From NCBI GenBank assembly GCA_000934665.2, contig JYFJ02000771.1, forward strand, positions 1 to 64,000: 64,000 bases of DNA, given 5' to 3'. Below are positions 1-51,285 of the stretch, one piece after another (position 1 is the first letter of the stretch; each line of letters starts with the position of its first letter). Source of the stretch: Catajapyx aquilonaris (Eukaryota). A program made the position numbers and the translations under genes. The notes below the pieces were generated by a model that saw nothing but the letters and a program-made list of their open reading frames with translations, was not told the origin of the DNA and ran no database searches.

Positions 1-65
1 TTTTCCACCTCCCCCGAAATGGCGGATCCAACTCTCATCTCCGAGAGCGGCTCAGCCGGGTACGG
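1..65 (+). promoter_or_regulatory. probable 5' leader exon / promoter-proximal region of kismet
   Basis: CpG-rich window start, AAATGGCGG (YY1/Pho-type motif) at 17-25, donor-like CGG|gtacgg at 59/60; a matching acceptor ttttttttcag| at 5015 precedes the coding ATG. Confidence 0.45.
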
Positions 66-2699
66 TTCGGAGGCTTGGGGTTGCTAGGCAGCCGCACCCC
101 CGACATGGCCCCGGTGCTCGCCCCCCGCTCGCCCTGCCCCTGCCCAGCACCATCCCACCAGCCACGGGAACCCACACACACGGAGGGGCTCCCACCACTC
201 CCCGCCTCCCCTCTTCCTCGTCCCTTCCACCCTTTTCCCTTAGTGTTGTGAAAAACTGGCTGGGCCTAGCTCCCCTCCTTTTAAATCGGCCAGTGCGTTG
301 TTGTGTACGGTTGTGGGTTGGTTGCAGTGTGCGTGACAGAGTGCGGGTTGCCACGGAGGGAAGATGTACGCGATGACACCACATGCACCTAGGGAGATGT
401 TGGGACCTGCCAGCCACATAGTGACAGGTGGGCTTACAGGAACTGCATGTCCATTTGGGGGTGCAGGGATGTAATTGTGTCGCACTTGTGATCCCAGCCG
501 GTTTGCAGAACATGCGGTGGGTCGTGATAGGTTTTGTCAGTATGCATTTGGGGCACAGAGGCACATACAGCTGGTGGACGGATCCACTAGAGTGATGCAT
601 GTAGGGTTTTAATTTGGTGGTAGCCAGCCTCCCACTTGAAGAGGTCCAAGATGTTCACAAGCTCACGTGATGAATGCTGTGTCAGAATTGTTACATCAGG
701 TTCGTTGAGCATCTCATGCGACATGAGAGAGAATCTACTGCCAAAGTATTGATATGTTTGTGTTGATGAGTAATGGGAATGCGATTTGGTACTTCATAGG
801 ACCATCCATAACTGTTTAAAGCAGGGCTCTTTATCCAGTGATGAATGTCAATATCATGGGTGTTTCCACATGTAAACACACACATTACTATAGGTTTGAT
901 ATAAGGGAAGAGATATAGCCACACAGTACTGTATGCAGGGAAGTTGCTCAAATGAGTGTCACACAGTGAAATGAATGGAATGTACATCAAAAGGCCGAGA
1001 TTATAAGAGGATTTTCAGTTCCACACAATACTAGGCTAGGCAGGCAAACACATTTGTAAAATTCCTGTTATCCTGCTGTTTGAATTCCGATGGTTAAAAA
1101 AACAAAAGACAAAAAAAACCACTGCGGAGCAAATGTAGACATACCAAGACGAACAGAATGTTTGATTACTTGGTCATGAATAGGATCAATGAAAAGAACA
1201 AGGGTAAATTTACTCACCAAAGGCTCGATGAATATTGGTAGTGCCACTCAGGAAATTGATCAGCAATTTTTGTCATAATTGAGAGTATTTGTGATAGTTG
1301 AGATTTTTCTTAGGATTTGGATGTGGATTATAGGTAGTTTTTTTAAAGGAGACTGCTTATAATTGACATGTTACTGATGGGAGCATGTGAGAAACATTGA
1401 TTAGAGGTGATTAGGGGTGACTGATATTGCCAGACTTGTACATTCTGGAGAATTATCACCAGAAATAGTTTATTGCTGTTGTTGATAAGACAACATGAGC
1501 ATTACTTACAGAATTATTCTTTTGTCCTCTATGATTTTTGTTGCCTTTAAAAATTCTGGCATATTGATATATTTAAGGTATCACTGTTGACCAGAAATAT
1601 TTTCCTGGTCCAGAATCTTGATAAATTCACTCTTTTTTTTAAAGTTATTAGCTTCCAGATTTGACATCTTCCTTGATTTCATTGACAACCTTTTAATGAC
1701 TATGCAAATTTTGTCACCAAACATAAGAGTGTAATGGATATCAAGCTGATATGTGCATAAATGAATTTCTCCTTACATTTCACATAGGATTTATTTGAGG
1801 AAAGATCATTGAGCAAGAGATAAGAATTATTAAGCCAGGTTAATCTCTTATTTTTAGAGTGGTTTAGTGACCTGTAACTCTAATCCCATGTGCAACATGG
1901 CTTTGAACATCTACATATCCACATGGCATTATGTTATAGAATACATTGCAGACATAATCCAAGTATGCATTAATTCATCAGCCTTTTGGATGAACTGTAC
2001 ATGATTAATGCTGTGACCAGACCAAAAGTATCATTTCTCTATGTGCACTCCTGTCCATCATAACAATAAGTTATGGTAATAAGTGGCTGATTGCTAATAC
2101 TAACACTTGCATGTAGGTGGCAAGAAGGTTGCTTGTCTCATTGCAGTGGTGATACCATCCTTGTGTTTTGTTGCTAATGCTCCTTGGCATTTCATTAAGA
2201 TTATATTTGGGAGGGGTGTGTTGGCGTCAAGAAACAATGAGTTGCATGGGTGATATGGACCCTACATTAGAAGGGTGGTAGAATCTTTATTATCCAGACT
2301 AAATGGACTAAACAGGCGTTTGGATAATGAAAAGTATGGATAATACATAAGCCAGGAGAGGAGGGGACGGAAGTGAAGAAAAGGGGCATAGAAGTGCAGT
2401 GTACAATACATGTGCAGTAAGGTTCATTAATTTGTTAAGTAGCAACATCCAGAATAGTCCAGTAATGCACTGATGGGCAAAGCCACAGCCTTCCACCTTT
2501 GATGTCCTGCATTCAACACCCAAACGAGACAAGAGAATCTTCTCAATGTGTTTCTCAAGTTTCAATGGGTTTTTTTCCATCTTTATGTCGGTTTTCTTGG
2601 GGTTTTTTATTACTTTCTGCTATCGAAAGCCACAATCATTGAGTATGAATGAATGAAATTGGGAATTGAAAGAGGATCCCCTAAGAGGCCACATGCTTA

Positions 2700-2769
2700 T
2701 AATAATAATAATAATAATTAATAATAATAATAATAATTAATAATAATAATAATTAATAATAATAATAAT
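2700..2769. repeat. (TAA)n microsatellite, interrupted
   Basis: Direct reading. Confidence 0.95.
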
Positions 2770-4324
2770 GAGCAATTGTAATAATAACATAGTGGATATT
2801 TGTGGACCTTACAGAAGTGCAGATAATAGAAAGCCATGTAATGACGATTACTGATGAAATTATTTTTTTATGGAAGGAAGAACGCGGGTGGGGGATCTCA
2901 GAATGGTTGTGTGAGATTTGTGAAATTAGTTTTAATAAGTCATAATATACTTGACTGAATATTATCCTTTCTCAGTATATTTTACTGTGTGACCACAACC
3001 AAGTGGCACTAATTCTGGTTGGCCACATTTCTAAAAAATCGATAGTTCTATGTAATGATGGGAAAATTTGTATAAAGTTATGTGATGTATGAATGAAATG
3101 CCCAAATTTAAGACTGATATGTTGCAGATGAAGGATGACTTGTCCCAATTCACAACAATAACAATTGATTAACCATTTCCTGAGCCGAGCAATTAACCTT
3201 TAACACCACATATTTATTGTTATCCCCATGTACAAATTATTATTCAATGTCATTTTCTTGCCCGCCATTGTAACATTATTTAAGAAGCAACTGAACAGGA
3301 ACATTGAATGCTTACCTTGTCTGATGATTAACGTTTGAGTGTGATGGTTTATATGGTACTGGAAAAGGCATGGGGGTAGTAAGATGCATTTCAAAATTTG
3401 AAGTTTATTATGAGTGTAGCGTAGAGTGTGAAGCAGAGCCTAATTTAGTGCAATGCTTCTGTGGGGTGTGGCAGGAAAAAGCTTTCTTTCCTCTTGAAGT
3501 GCAGTTTATGCTGTGGGAAGTAGGTTGAGGTAGGGAGAGTTGTGCGGGTGAGTGGTGGAGGCCTATGTGGGGGTAGGGGGTGCAGGAGTTGCCAGGAAAG
3601 TGGAGGAGCGATGAAGTTATTGTGAAGGTTGCTTTCAAATGGGATGGATAATGCAAGTCATGGGTTCTGGTCAGGTACAGAATTAAGAGTGTATTTTTAA
3701 TATAGTCTGCTGATTCTATTGCAATTTTATAACAGTGCAGGACTGCACGATTTGCACTCAAAGTTGCTAAATATTGCTTGCTGTTGAGACTGCCATGTGT
3801 ATATTTTTTTTTTGTTTAGCCCTAATAAAATATTTTTGGCCGTGTTTGAAATAAAGGCATGTGAAAGTTGTTTTTCTATCACCTGACATGGTTTCTCGTG
3901 ATTCATTTGTTATTGGAATAAGTGGTTTTAGTTCTGTTGATACTTGATAGAGAGTAAGACCTCTGATCGTGATTGGCTCAAGATGTGCTGTGCAGCAGGA
4001 TGAGTGAAGAATTGACTGTGCCCAAGAGGGAAAAGCTGTAGCGATTATGGATTGCCAATGTGCACACACACATAAGCGTATGGCTTTTCCCCTTGGTTGC
4101 AGTTTTATGGCACCACAAGGAGACTGAAGGAGAATGGAAGCCGGTCATTGGACTGATCAAAACCATGCAGGAATTTGCATTAATTTAACAAATAAAAATA
4201 ATGATAATGGTAAAAAATAATAATAACTATAATATAATTGATTGCGTAAGATAGGTGTAGGGGTATCTTAAGGTGTCCTCTCTTTAATTCCCGACTTGAT
4301 TAATCACTGCACTACTTAAGGACT

Positions 4325-4470
4325 CGGGTTGTGGGAGGAAATGGAAGAACCCAGAGAAACCCTCCCAAACACACACAGATCCCTTGAAACACACACTGCA
4401 AGAGAAAATCCTCCATCCAACCCAGTGATTGAACCTGGGACTGCAGAAGCGGAATACTGGTGCTAACCCT
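4325..4470 (-). mobile_element. tRNA-derived SINE-like remnant
   Basis: Minus strand has B-box-like CCCAGGTTCAATC followed by a body ending GGTTTCTCTGGGTTCTTCCATTTCCTCCCAC, a common SINE core pattern. Confidence 0.5.
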
Positions 4471-5341
4471 TTTTACGATAAATACCACTCACATAATTCT
4501 TTCCTTCAACTCACGTATATTTCTCCTCCGCTGCTCCTTCAGTACAATCTCGCAAAAACCCTTTTAAATGCCTTCCGCCCTTGCACACACTACTCTCCTC
4601 TTGTCCTCCGCCTTCCTTCTCTCTCTCTCTCTCCCTCTCCCCTCGCCGCCGGGAAGGGTTGCCAATCCCCCCCACCGCCGACAAGGGGAGCCAATTCTGA
4701 TACAAGCTGCCCGTGCTACACTACTGTGCCCCTACGCAATCTACCACTACTGCCACTATTGTGCCACCCTGGCTGAATATGAATTTTAAGCGTGGATCTA
4801 GGAGCAGAATTGTGCAAATTATTGTTAGCAACATCAATACTGGCAGTTGAACGTTGGATTGCAGGTCAAAGCTTGGAGCTAGGCCTAATAAGCCATACCT
4901 AGAAATGTCATGGCCATTTGCAGATGTGCAGGCAATTACACAAATGTCTAGAGCTAGAATGTAAAAGATTGATTATCAAACATATAGGGAGGAAATAATG
5001 TTAATTTTTTTTCAGAAAGCAGCCGTGGCAAGGCTTGGCAGAAACAAGAACCCCTTCTGAAGTCTCAAGAAAACTCAAGTCATTGTGTACGTTTGTGATA
5101 GAGAAGAGCACGATTTTGATGTCTGTGGAGCAGGAGGAGCGAACAAGAAGTGCTTCAAAAGTGCATAGGTGGCCTAGAATCAGTGCATGGGCCACTCACG
5201 CTTAGTGGGTCCAGATCTTCCCTCCCACACTTTACATATATCTCGCCCCTTAACCTAGTAACCCTCCATCCATCCAACCAAAAAGTAAGTGACCAAGTGA
5301 ACAAGGGGGGTTTAAAACTCCCCTTCTAATCCACTGCCTTC

Positions 5342-43932
<38,591 letters not shown>

Positions 43933-45353
43933 CACAAGAAATTATCGCACGATACATGCACTGTGATACCTCCCAGCAGATCCAAGTGACGGAAGGCCAG
44001 AGCAAAAAAAGGAAACTAATGGGAGGAAAGCAGGAGACAACCACAATTTTATTCCAGTACAGTATAAGTTGAGTGTACATATACCGTTCAAAAATGGGAG
44101 TTGACAAAAATTGAAGTCATTGATAATGCTTGAAAAAAAATGGGGAAAAAAATTGTAGGACTGCTTGGATAGTGTTTTGTATGAGGGTGTACTGTACGTA
44201 GCTAATTTACTATTATTACTATACAGTAGGGATGTGGTCAAACTTGTACTAATCATCTGGGTGGAATTGCTATCATCATTGCTAATTCATTGTATTATTG
44301 ATTCAACCTACCTTCCCCCCTCCCCCCTCTCCCTACTTCACCCCCATTCCCCCACCCACACATTAAAAAAAAAAGTATACCATTGTTACATTTATGTATT
44401 ATCACCAATTATTATTTTGTCCATGCAAATTGATGGAATTTGGGAATTTATTTATGTAGTAGATGGGTCCCAGTCCAAGTGTCTTTATTTTTATTATGTC
44501 AATTATTATATTACCATTGTTTGTGGTTAATTTTCCACCGAGTGCATGGCACCCCCTTACGTCTCTTCCTTCCCTTCCCCCTCCCATTATTTAGGTTGGG
44601 CTTTGATGGAATTTGCTCAAGTTTCCACTTATTTATGGCAGTACACTATGACATTGAGATGAAGTTTTAAAAAGGAAAAAAAAGGACATGGTGCAAAGCG
44701 TGTGGGGGCTTGAATTCTGTTTTGTTTTGTTTTTGTAATTAAATGGGGCTGCGACTCTGCCAATTCGTTTCCACACACTTGTAATTATCCAGCGGGTTTC
44801 ACTTCAGGAAGGATGGTTGCCAACTCATTTTATTATGTGGGTAATTATTACCTTTACCTTGTCCCCCCCCCTTCCCGCATGTCCTAAAGTTACCTACGTA
44901 ATTGTGTACAGAAAAGACAGTGGTATACCGGTTTAAAATGGACAAAACAGTGTTAGTGTGGCGAGAAAAGAGACTCGTGACTAACAGTGGTGTTTGGCCC
45001 AGGGGCTGGCTGCTGCCCCTGGTCTGGGCCCACTGGTTAGGTAAAGCACAAGAGGATGAAGTGAGCGAGATTAACAGTTATTTTTCCCCTTTCTTTTCAC
45101 CCCCCCTCTTGAAGAGAGCAGCCACCTGGTGTAAGCTTTGTGCCTGTAAAAAAAATACAACAAAATAAGTAAAAAAAAAAAAAGTACAGACAAATGTTCT
45201 TGTGTCCAAGTAGAGGTGACTCTTTCCAGCCTGCATGAGACTTTCAGTAAAAAAGAAAAAAGGAAACCCCAAAAAAATCCCTTATCCCCCCCACCTGGGA
45301 AATGTCGCCTCTCTTGGTCCACTGTGTTTCACCCAATCAACCACATAATTCAC

Positions 45354-45359
45354 AATAAA
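45354..45359 (+). terminator. putative kismet polyadenylation signal
   Basis: AATAAA ~1.4 kb after the stop codon, followed by GT-rich sequence (tgtatgttgtcattg). Confidence 0.55.
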
Positions 45360-45393
45360 TTATTGACCAGAACATGTATGTTGTCATTGCTTC

Positions 45394-45969
45394 CTATAAA
45401 GTACGGTTGCTGATGGATAGTTTACTTCTCCCAACATCTGGGGGTTTTGTTCCGCACAGCTCTTGTAGTAACGTCCTGCATGTTGCCACAACCTTGTCAA
45501 ATTTCAACCGCATTTGGGTGTATTGTAGTATCCATGCATGGAACATGTTTCCCTGATGTTTCCGGGTGCATTTGCATTTCAGACCATTGGCATTGCTAAT
45601 TGTGTTGCTGCGGTAGGTACTTTCCTGGTCTGGGATTCTGCAATAAGCTTGGCAATAAGCTAGGTGATAAGAGGAAGCAAAATGCTGCAGTATATGACCC
45701 GACATACACTGTAACAGAAGGCATGTTCTCACGAGTGCCATGAAATCAAATGGTATGAAACATCCTTTAATGATGGTATAGGCCTGTTGAACCAGCTTCA
45801 TGCGCCAAGAAGATAGAGAATTAGGAAGGCCACAAAAGCACCTATCGCTGTCTGGCAATAAGAAGATGCAAAGGTGGGACAGATGGAGACAGAAGCGAAG
45901 AGGAAAAAGAAGTCTCCTATCCCAATAAAGACCAGTCCGACTTCCAGTGGAGGAGGCTAACGGCGGCAT
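45394..45969 (-). other. unassigned ORF (191 aa from ATG at 45969), coding status unknown
   Basis: Stop-free frame filling the gap between the kismet poly(A) signal and the TIGAR promoter; no recognisable domain. Confidence 0.2.
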
Positions 45970-46019
45970 AGCTCTTGGGGTCACGGGAGAAACGCAAGCT
46001 CATACATCGGCGGGGAGGA

Positions 46020-46210
46020 GGGCCGGGCAGTGTTGCCGAAATTTGGTTCGCTACTAGGTACTGTATATTAAAAAGAGATAAATAGTGCTGTTGTTTTATT
46101 GACTGAAGTCATGCGACCATCAGGATATGCATAATATGTACTTCTGCCTGCCCCAAAACCAGTTTTTCGCAGGTTTTTCGAACCTGCACCTGGCAACTCC
46201 AGTGAGTCGC
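46020..46210. promoter_or_regulatory. putative (bidirectional) promoter upstream of TIGAR
   Basis: CGGCAACACTG on minus (46028-46038) and TGGCAACTCC on plus (46191-46200) around an AT-rich spacer, CpG-rich flanks. Confidence 0.5.
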
Positions 46211-46308
46211 CTGGCACCACTGGCGTGGACCCAAGAGGGCGGGCCCATGTGGCGTCCTCTTCTAGGGCCCCAACATGTCTGCTCCCATTCTTCTCCATCC
46301 TGAATTCC

Positions 46309-46312
<4 letters not shown>

Positions 46313-46345
<33 letters not shown>
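46313..46345. repeat. (GA)n microsatellite upstream of the TIGAR ATG
   Basis: Direct reading. Confidence 0.95.
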
Positions 46346-46348
<3 letters not shown>

Positions 46349-46655
46349 CTGTGCTGCAGTGGCCGATTCCACTTGGCTGCTGGACCCCCTGCCGCGGTGG
46401 TGCAAAGTGTGGGTTGCCCATCAGCTGCTGCAGAGCACGCGACCTTGGCCACCCGACTTCCTTCCTCCTCCCCACAGCAGTACACAATCCGTCCCACTTG
46501 CATAACACTCCCAGCAGCAGTTTGTTGCTCAGCTGCAGTGCAGAAGGACGTCGTCTCTGCCCTTCCTCCTCCTCCTCCTCCTCAAGCAGTCACCAGCTGC
46601 ACTTCACAGCCTGCATCACGCGTTCCATGCCCTGCTCGCCCGTCTAGCAGTCCCC

Positions 46656-49029
46656 ATGGCCAGCACCTGCACTGCAGCACATGCTGCAGGACACAGCAAG
46701 TTCAGCCTCACACTTGTCAGGCAGTGGGTAGTATACTCATTGTCAGTGGTTGGGATATCAATAGATTGCCCAAATGAGTATCTTTTATCTCATCAAGATC
46801 ATTTGAAGTTTGTGTATCCAGACTTGCATCTATAGCCACTTTACGTAGGGTATCTGCGTGGCATCACTTTCTAGGTGATTTTCCTGATGAAAGTACATGG
46901 TCCCCCAAAACAGAAACAAATGCAGTTTAATTCACTGTTCCGCATTCTTAATCCTACTCCGAACTTTGGGAAAGGTATATTTTTTTAAATTTCTGGCTCC
47001 ACCTTCTGCCGTCAGACAAAATTACTGTACAAAGGTTTAATTTTCCATTACCAAACAGAATAATAAACCATAGTGAAATTGATAGCACTCATAGAAGTGG
47101 GCTGTAGAGTAGCTTATTATACTGCAGTGCCAAACTAATTAACTATACCGGTACACATGTTTCAATCCACAGTGAACCAGAGTATAATGTTATTGAGGAT
47201 GACAAATAAGTCAAAAGAAATACATTTGCACGTGCCTGCGAGTTGGTATATCATATATGGAGTTGTATGGACAGTATCTTAGATTGTATCTAGATACAAT
47301 GTCAAACGAGTATCTAGTGCGGTATACTTGGAAATATTTCCATCTAGATACTGATACTTTTTGAAAGTATCTTCACCAACACTGCTATACTCTCATTCTT
47401 CAGGGCTCATCAAGTGGAACTTGTGCAACTTCTGTGACACTTGGAAAAAAATTTGCATGGTGGAACATTCCAGTTAGAAAAGTTTGAATTTGCTAAACCA
47501 GGAACTGCTCTATGACTCCTGACAAATGTGAATAGACACCAGCAACTTCCTTGATGTTGTGCAACTTCCTCATTGTGACGACGTAGTCCATGCCATACCG
47601 CCAGTCACGACTGTTGTGATTTTAGCTCCATATCAATGGTTTTAGCCATTCATATTTTATATATTTATTTAAGTACCCAATAATAAGGCAGGCAAGCCTT
47701 GCATATTTAGGCAGCGTGATGGAAAATTGTGCTCAGATCAGGCAAACATTTCCACATACGGAGAATTAAAAATGTGTGAATTCTATGGTAAATTATTGCC
47801 AGCATTTCAAGTTACAGGGAACTGAGATACAGACATTGGGCATCATAGAGAAGATTCCCTATTAGTGCTATTACAGAAATTTGGTTGGTTGGTTGGTAGG
47901 AAGGGTTACCCAGCTTGTATGGCTCTTTCTGAGTCGAGCCTTGGCAGCAAGGGGTAGGAGAGGAAGGTGTGGGATTGCAAGGTAGGGGGTGGGTTAGAAG
48001 GGTGGGGGAGAGGAGGGCTGGCCCCGGCTGTACTGCAATGCCGGGTCCAACCCAGGGACGGGGGTGGGATATTTTCTCAAGCACCCCATCCGACCAAGAA
48101 ATGCGAGTCAGGTCCGAGGACCGCTCGACTAGGAGAGTACCGTAGCTGGCGAACCAGCCGGGACCTCCATTGGGATATTCTCCCAATTAATTTTTTAAGA
48201 TAAATAAAAGATAAAAGAAAATGTTGATACTGTATTTTATTTGATTTATGGAGTGCTTCAACTTGGATGTTCAAGTTGTTAAAATTCCACTGAATTTTTT
48301 TGATGTAGTTTTTGTCCCATCTTTAGTGGCGAGACGGAAGCAAACAAAGATAGCATCATCCAAGGACAGATGGATGTGCCTCTTTCGGAGACAGGCCATC
48401 AGCAAGCTCGCCTGGTAGGAGCTCGCCTGAAGGAAGAGGGGATGCGCTACACCCATGCCATCTCCAGTGACTTAGCGAGGGCCAGGCAGACTGCTGAAAA
48501 CATCCTTTCCGTGCTGGAGCCTCAAGGGAATGGCCTGCCCCCGTTGCAGTTTGATTCACTCCTCAGGGAACGGGTGGGTTACAACTCTCGTGTGATTGAG
48601 CGTCCTTTTGCTGAAGTAATTTTTTCCCTCTTTCAGTGCTTTGGCAAGGTGCAGGGACAGCCATTTGCAGATCTGATTAAGATGGCACGGGATTCCAACC
48701 AGACTGTGCCTGAATTCACTCCTGAAGGAGCAGAAACACTGCCGCAATTGCATTCAAGGGCAGTCCAATTCTTCCAGAATCTCTGCGTAGTTATGTCCAA
48801 GCTGGATGGGGAACCCAACGTGATGGTGGTCAGCCACGGAGGGCTCATCAAGGAGATGGTGCGGCACATGGCCGAGCATCTAAACTGCCAGCCGCCAATC
48901 AGCCAGCAAAACGCCAACCGAATCTCGCCAAACACGGGCCTCACCCGCTTCTGGATTTGCCTCAATGGAGAAGACATGCCACATGTACACTGTGTTCTCT
49001 TGCATGACTCTGCTCATTTAGCTTCCTGA
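46656..49029 (+). CDS. TIGAR: TIGAR-like fructose-2,6-bisphosphatase (histidine phosphatase / PGM family), 3 exons, ~235 aa
   Basis: Exons 46656-46723, 48327-48573, 48637-49029. Splicing reconstitutes KFSLTLVRH|GETEANKDSIIQGQMDVPLSETG (RHG catalytic motif), SSDLARARQTA, LRER|CFG, and VVSHGG. Confidence 0.9.
48005..48220 (+). mobile_element. SINE-like element in TIGAR intron 1
   Basis: GC/CpG-rich island with degenerate B-box (CCGGGTCCAACCCAGG), GGATATTTTCTC similar to the 4325-4470 element, and an A-rich tail. Confidence 0.4.
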
Positions 49030-49718
49030 CAAATAGAGTGCTGTAAACTTTTGTGAATGTTTCTCAACAACCCTTACCAGAGTGGGGGAAATGGGAAAAT
49101 GCACCAGCAGACTGGGGGCATTTGATTCTTGCCATTTTAGCCCCATTTTGGTCTAGATCAGCAGAGGCTGGGTGTGTCCTAGGTTAGTGTTTCTTGCAGG
49201 CCCAGCAGGAGCAGAAATAAGGTGCTGTAAAGTTAGGGTGAGTAGATGCACTTGAGACATGGTCGCAGCTATTTGAAGGCTCAATTGAACCATAGCCAGA
49301 CTTGTGCCTGTAACACTGCTCATCTCATGTAATTGCAGCTGTAACATAATGACAGCACCAGACTTACGAGGTACAGTACAGCTCAGAAAGAAGGGTATGT
49401 TTCTACATGGAAATTTTTCATCCCGATTGTCGAGGGCTTCCCCGCAACACATGGAAGGGGCAGCAGGGGGTGATAAGGTGGACCCCCACCTCCTCAAGAC
49501 CAGACCCGATTAAAATGCCCGCATGAGAGGTGACAGCGAGGTTAGCCTTGAAGCGCCGTGCATTGAATTGACGAGATTATTGCTCAATGCTCGTTGCAGT
49601 TATTATTATTTTGTTTACCCCGTGATAAGAGCAGTGCTCTCTGGGGGGGGGGGGNNNNNNNGGGGGGGGACACGATATCTGAATTAAATAATGCCAGCTA
49701 CCGTATATGCATGTTAAT

Positions 49719-49960
49719 CAGTGCTTCCCAAACTGTGGGAGGGAGGGCAAAAATTTATCTACACAAGATGATGCTATCTCTCGTAAATTAGGCCCAGTTA
49801 CAAAACAATTCCGATACTCTACAATGGTTATCAATGATTTTCCTTTCATTGTTTACCAGTCTTTTCATGTTGGGGGATCAAAATGTGAACATCTAGGAGG
49901 TTGTGAATTTCACTGAACGATTTTTTGTGGTCCCCAATGAAAAATAAAGGGGAACCACTA
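49719..49960. mobile_element. hAT-like MITE nested in the long-TIR element
   Basis: Ends CAGTGCTTCCC / GGGAACCACTA; flanks ATGTTAAT and ATGTTAA.. resemble an 8-bp target duplication. Confidence 0.6.
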
Positions 49961-49967
49961 ATGTTAA

Positions 49968-50089
49968 CCTCCTGAGACCCCTGGTACAGTATACTGTACC
50001 TTTGTTTTTTCCAGCACCTTCTGACTAACTCAAACGCGTAAAAAAACAAAAACAAAGGTACAGTATACTGTACTCCGGGTCTCAGGAGG
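49968..50089. mobile_element. piggyBac-like MITE (TTAA target duplication)
   Basis: TTAA|CCTCCTGAGACCC..GTACAGTATACTGTACCTTTGTTTT ... AAAACAAAGGTACAGTATACTGTAC..GGGTCTCAGGAGG|TTAA. Confidence 0.85.
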
Positions 50090-51285
50090 TTAAGCAACAT
50101 TATTTAACATACAGTACACATCACCCCTACAATGCAATTACGTGTTTTCCTACTTTCGTACTGCTTTCTGGTCTTTCGAAATTTTCCCAAAAATTGCCAA
50201 GCCGCATTACACGATGTTTCATGTGAATAGGTTAAGTTGGCAAAATTAAGCCATGCACATTGTATTTCATGCCTGATGTGGTAGGCATTCTAGAGTCGTG
50301 TGTTACCCATGTCCCACAACAATATCCGTTTACCGATGAAAATATTACACCGGTCGTCGTGACGATCATAAAGATATGCGACAGCTATTGCGACGCCAGT
50401 GATCATGCTGCATCAGTACCCCTCTTGCTTACATGACACCTTTACGAGTGAGGCATTTTCACCTGTCTGCTGTTTGACGTGCAATAATGCATGGCATTAA
50501 GTTTAGTGGCGGTGGACAAAACCTGGTGTTACTTATTCTTCAACGAAATGTGACAGTGGAGCTGAGGGTTGCACAGTATCGGTCCCATTCGTGATCCCAT
50601 TAATGCGGAATGGTCAGCCTCTAGAGATAGTGATGGTGGTGTTGGGACACCTTCCTGCCACTTGGAATGAAGGCGGAGGTGTGATTTTGTGATAATCAAT
50701 AATTATAAAGATTATATTTGTTCGGCGCGAAGATAACTGCAATGAGCATTGAGCGATAATCTCGTCAATTCAATGCACAACGCTTCAAGGCTATCCAAAA
50801 TGCCCTGACCTTGCTTTCATCTCTCAAGTGCGCATTAATCGAGTCTGGTCTTGAGGAGGCGGGGGTTGTCCGCCCCACCTTACCACCCCCTGCTGCCCCT
50901 CCATGTGTTGCTGGGAAGCCTTCGACAGTCGGGATGAAAAATTTCCATGTAGAGACGTACCATTCTTTCTGAGCGGTACTGTACATCAGTGGATCATTCC
51001 ACAGCATTGCATTGTGTTCAGTAAATAATTCAGGAAGAGTTAGTTGTGTAACCGTAATTAACAGTACTACTAAGAAACAACTTGATCCTTGCTAAGTTGT
51101 AGATCATTTTGAAGACATGCAGAGTATGTTTATGAAAAGTACAGTATGTTTATTACAACTGTTGGTGTTGTTCAGTGTTTCCAAATGAAACACACTCTGC
51201 AAATGTTTTACATGTATTTGTATGCTATTTGCATGCAGCAAAGAGACAAACGTTTGTTACAGAAATCATCTTTTTTATTCATGCC

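Larger units (their letters stand above)
49374..50981. mobile_element. non-autonomous DNA transposon with ~230-250 bp terminal inverted repeats, TA target duplication
   Basis: TA|CAGTAC...GTACTG|TA; arms 49374-49603 and 50733-50981 are reverse complements (e.g. ctcagaaagaa, ctacatggaaatttttcatcccga, gtgcattgaattgacgagattat). Confidence 0.85.

Noticed and set aside
52..600. 182-aa minus-strand ORF at the window start
   Set aside because: GC-rich promoter/intron sequence with no protein-like features.
46744..47384. Possible hAT-like element with GTATCT/AGATAC repeats in TIGAR intron 1
   Set aside because: Only the right end (..CACCAACACTG) is clear; left end and target duplication cannot be defined.
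48020..48070. Resemblance to a twister ribozyme core (TGCAATGCCGGGTCCAACCC)
   Set aside because: The UAA cleavage loop and 3' arm of P2 are missing; a degenerate SINE B-box explains it better.
49643..49670. Poly-G/C runs containing N (also ~11424, ~12373, ~13113, ~19982)
   Set aside because: Homopolymer assembly uncertainty.
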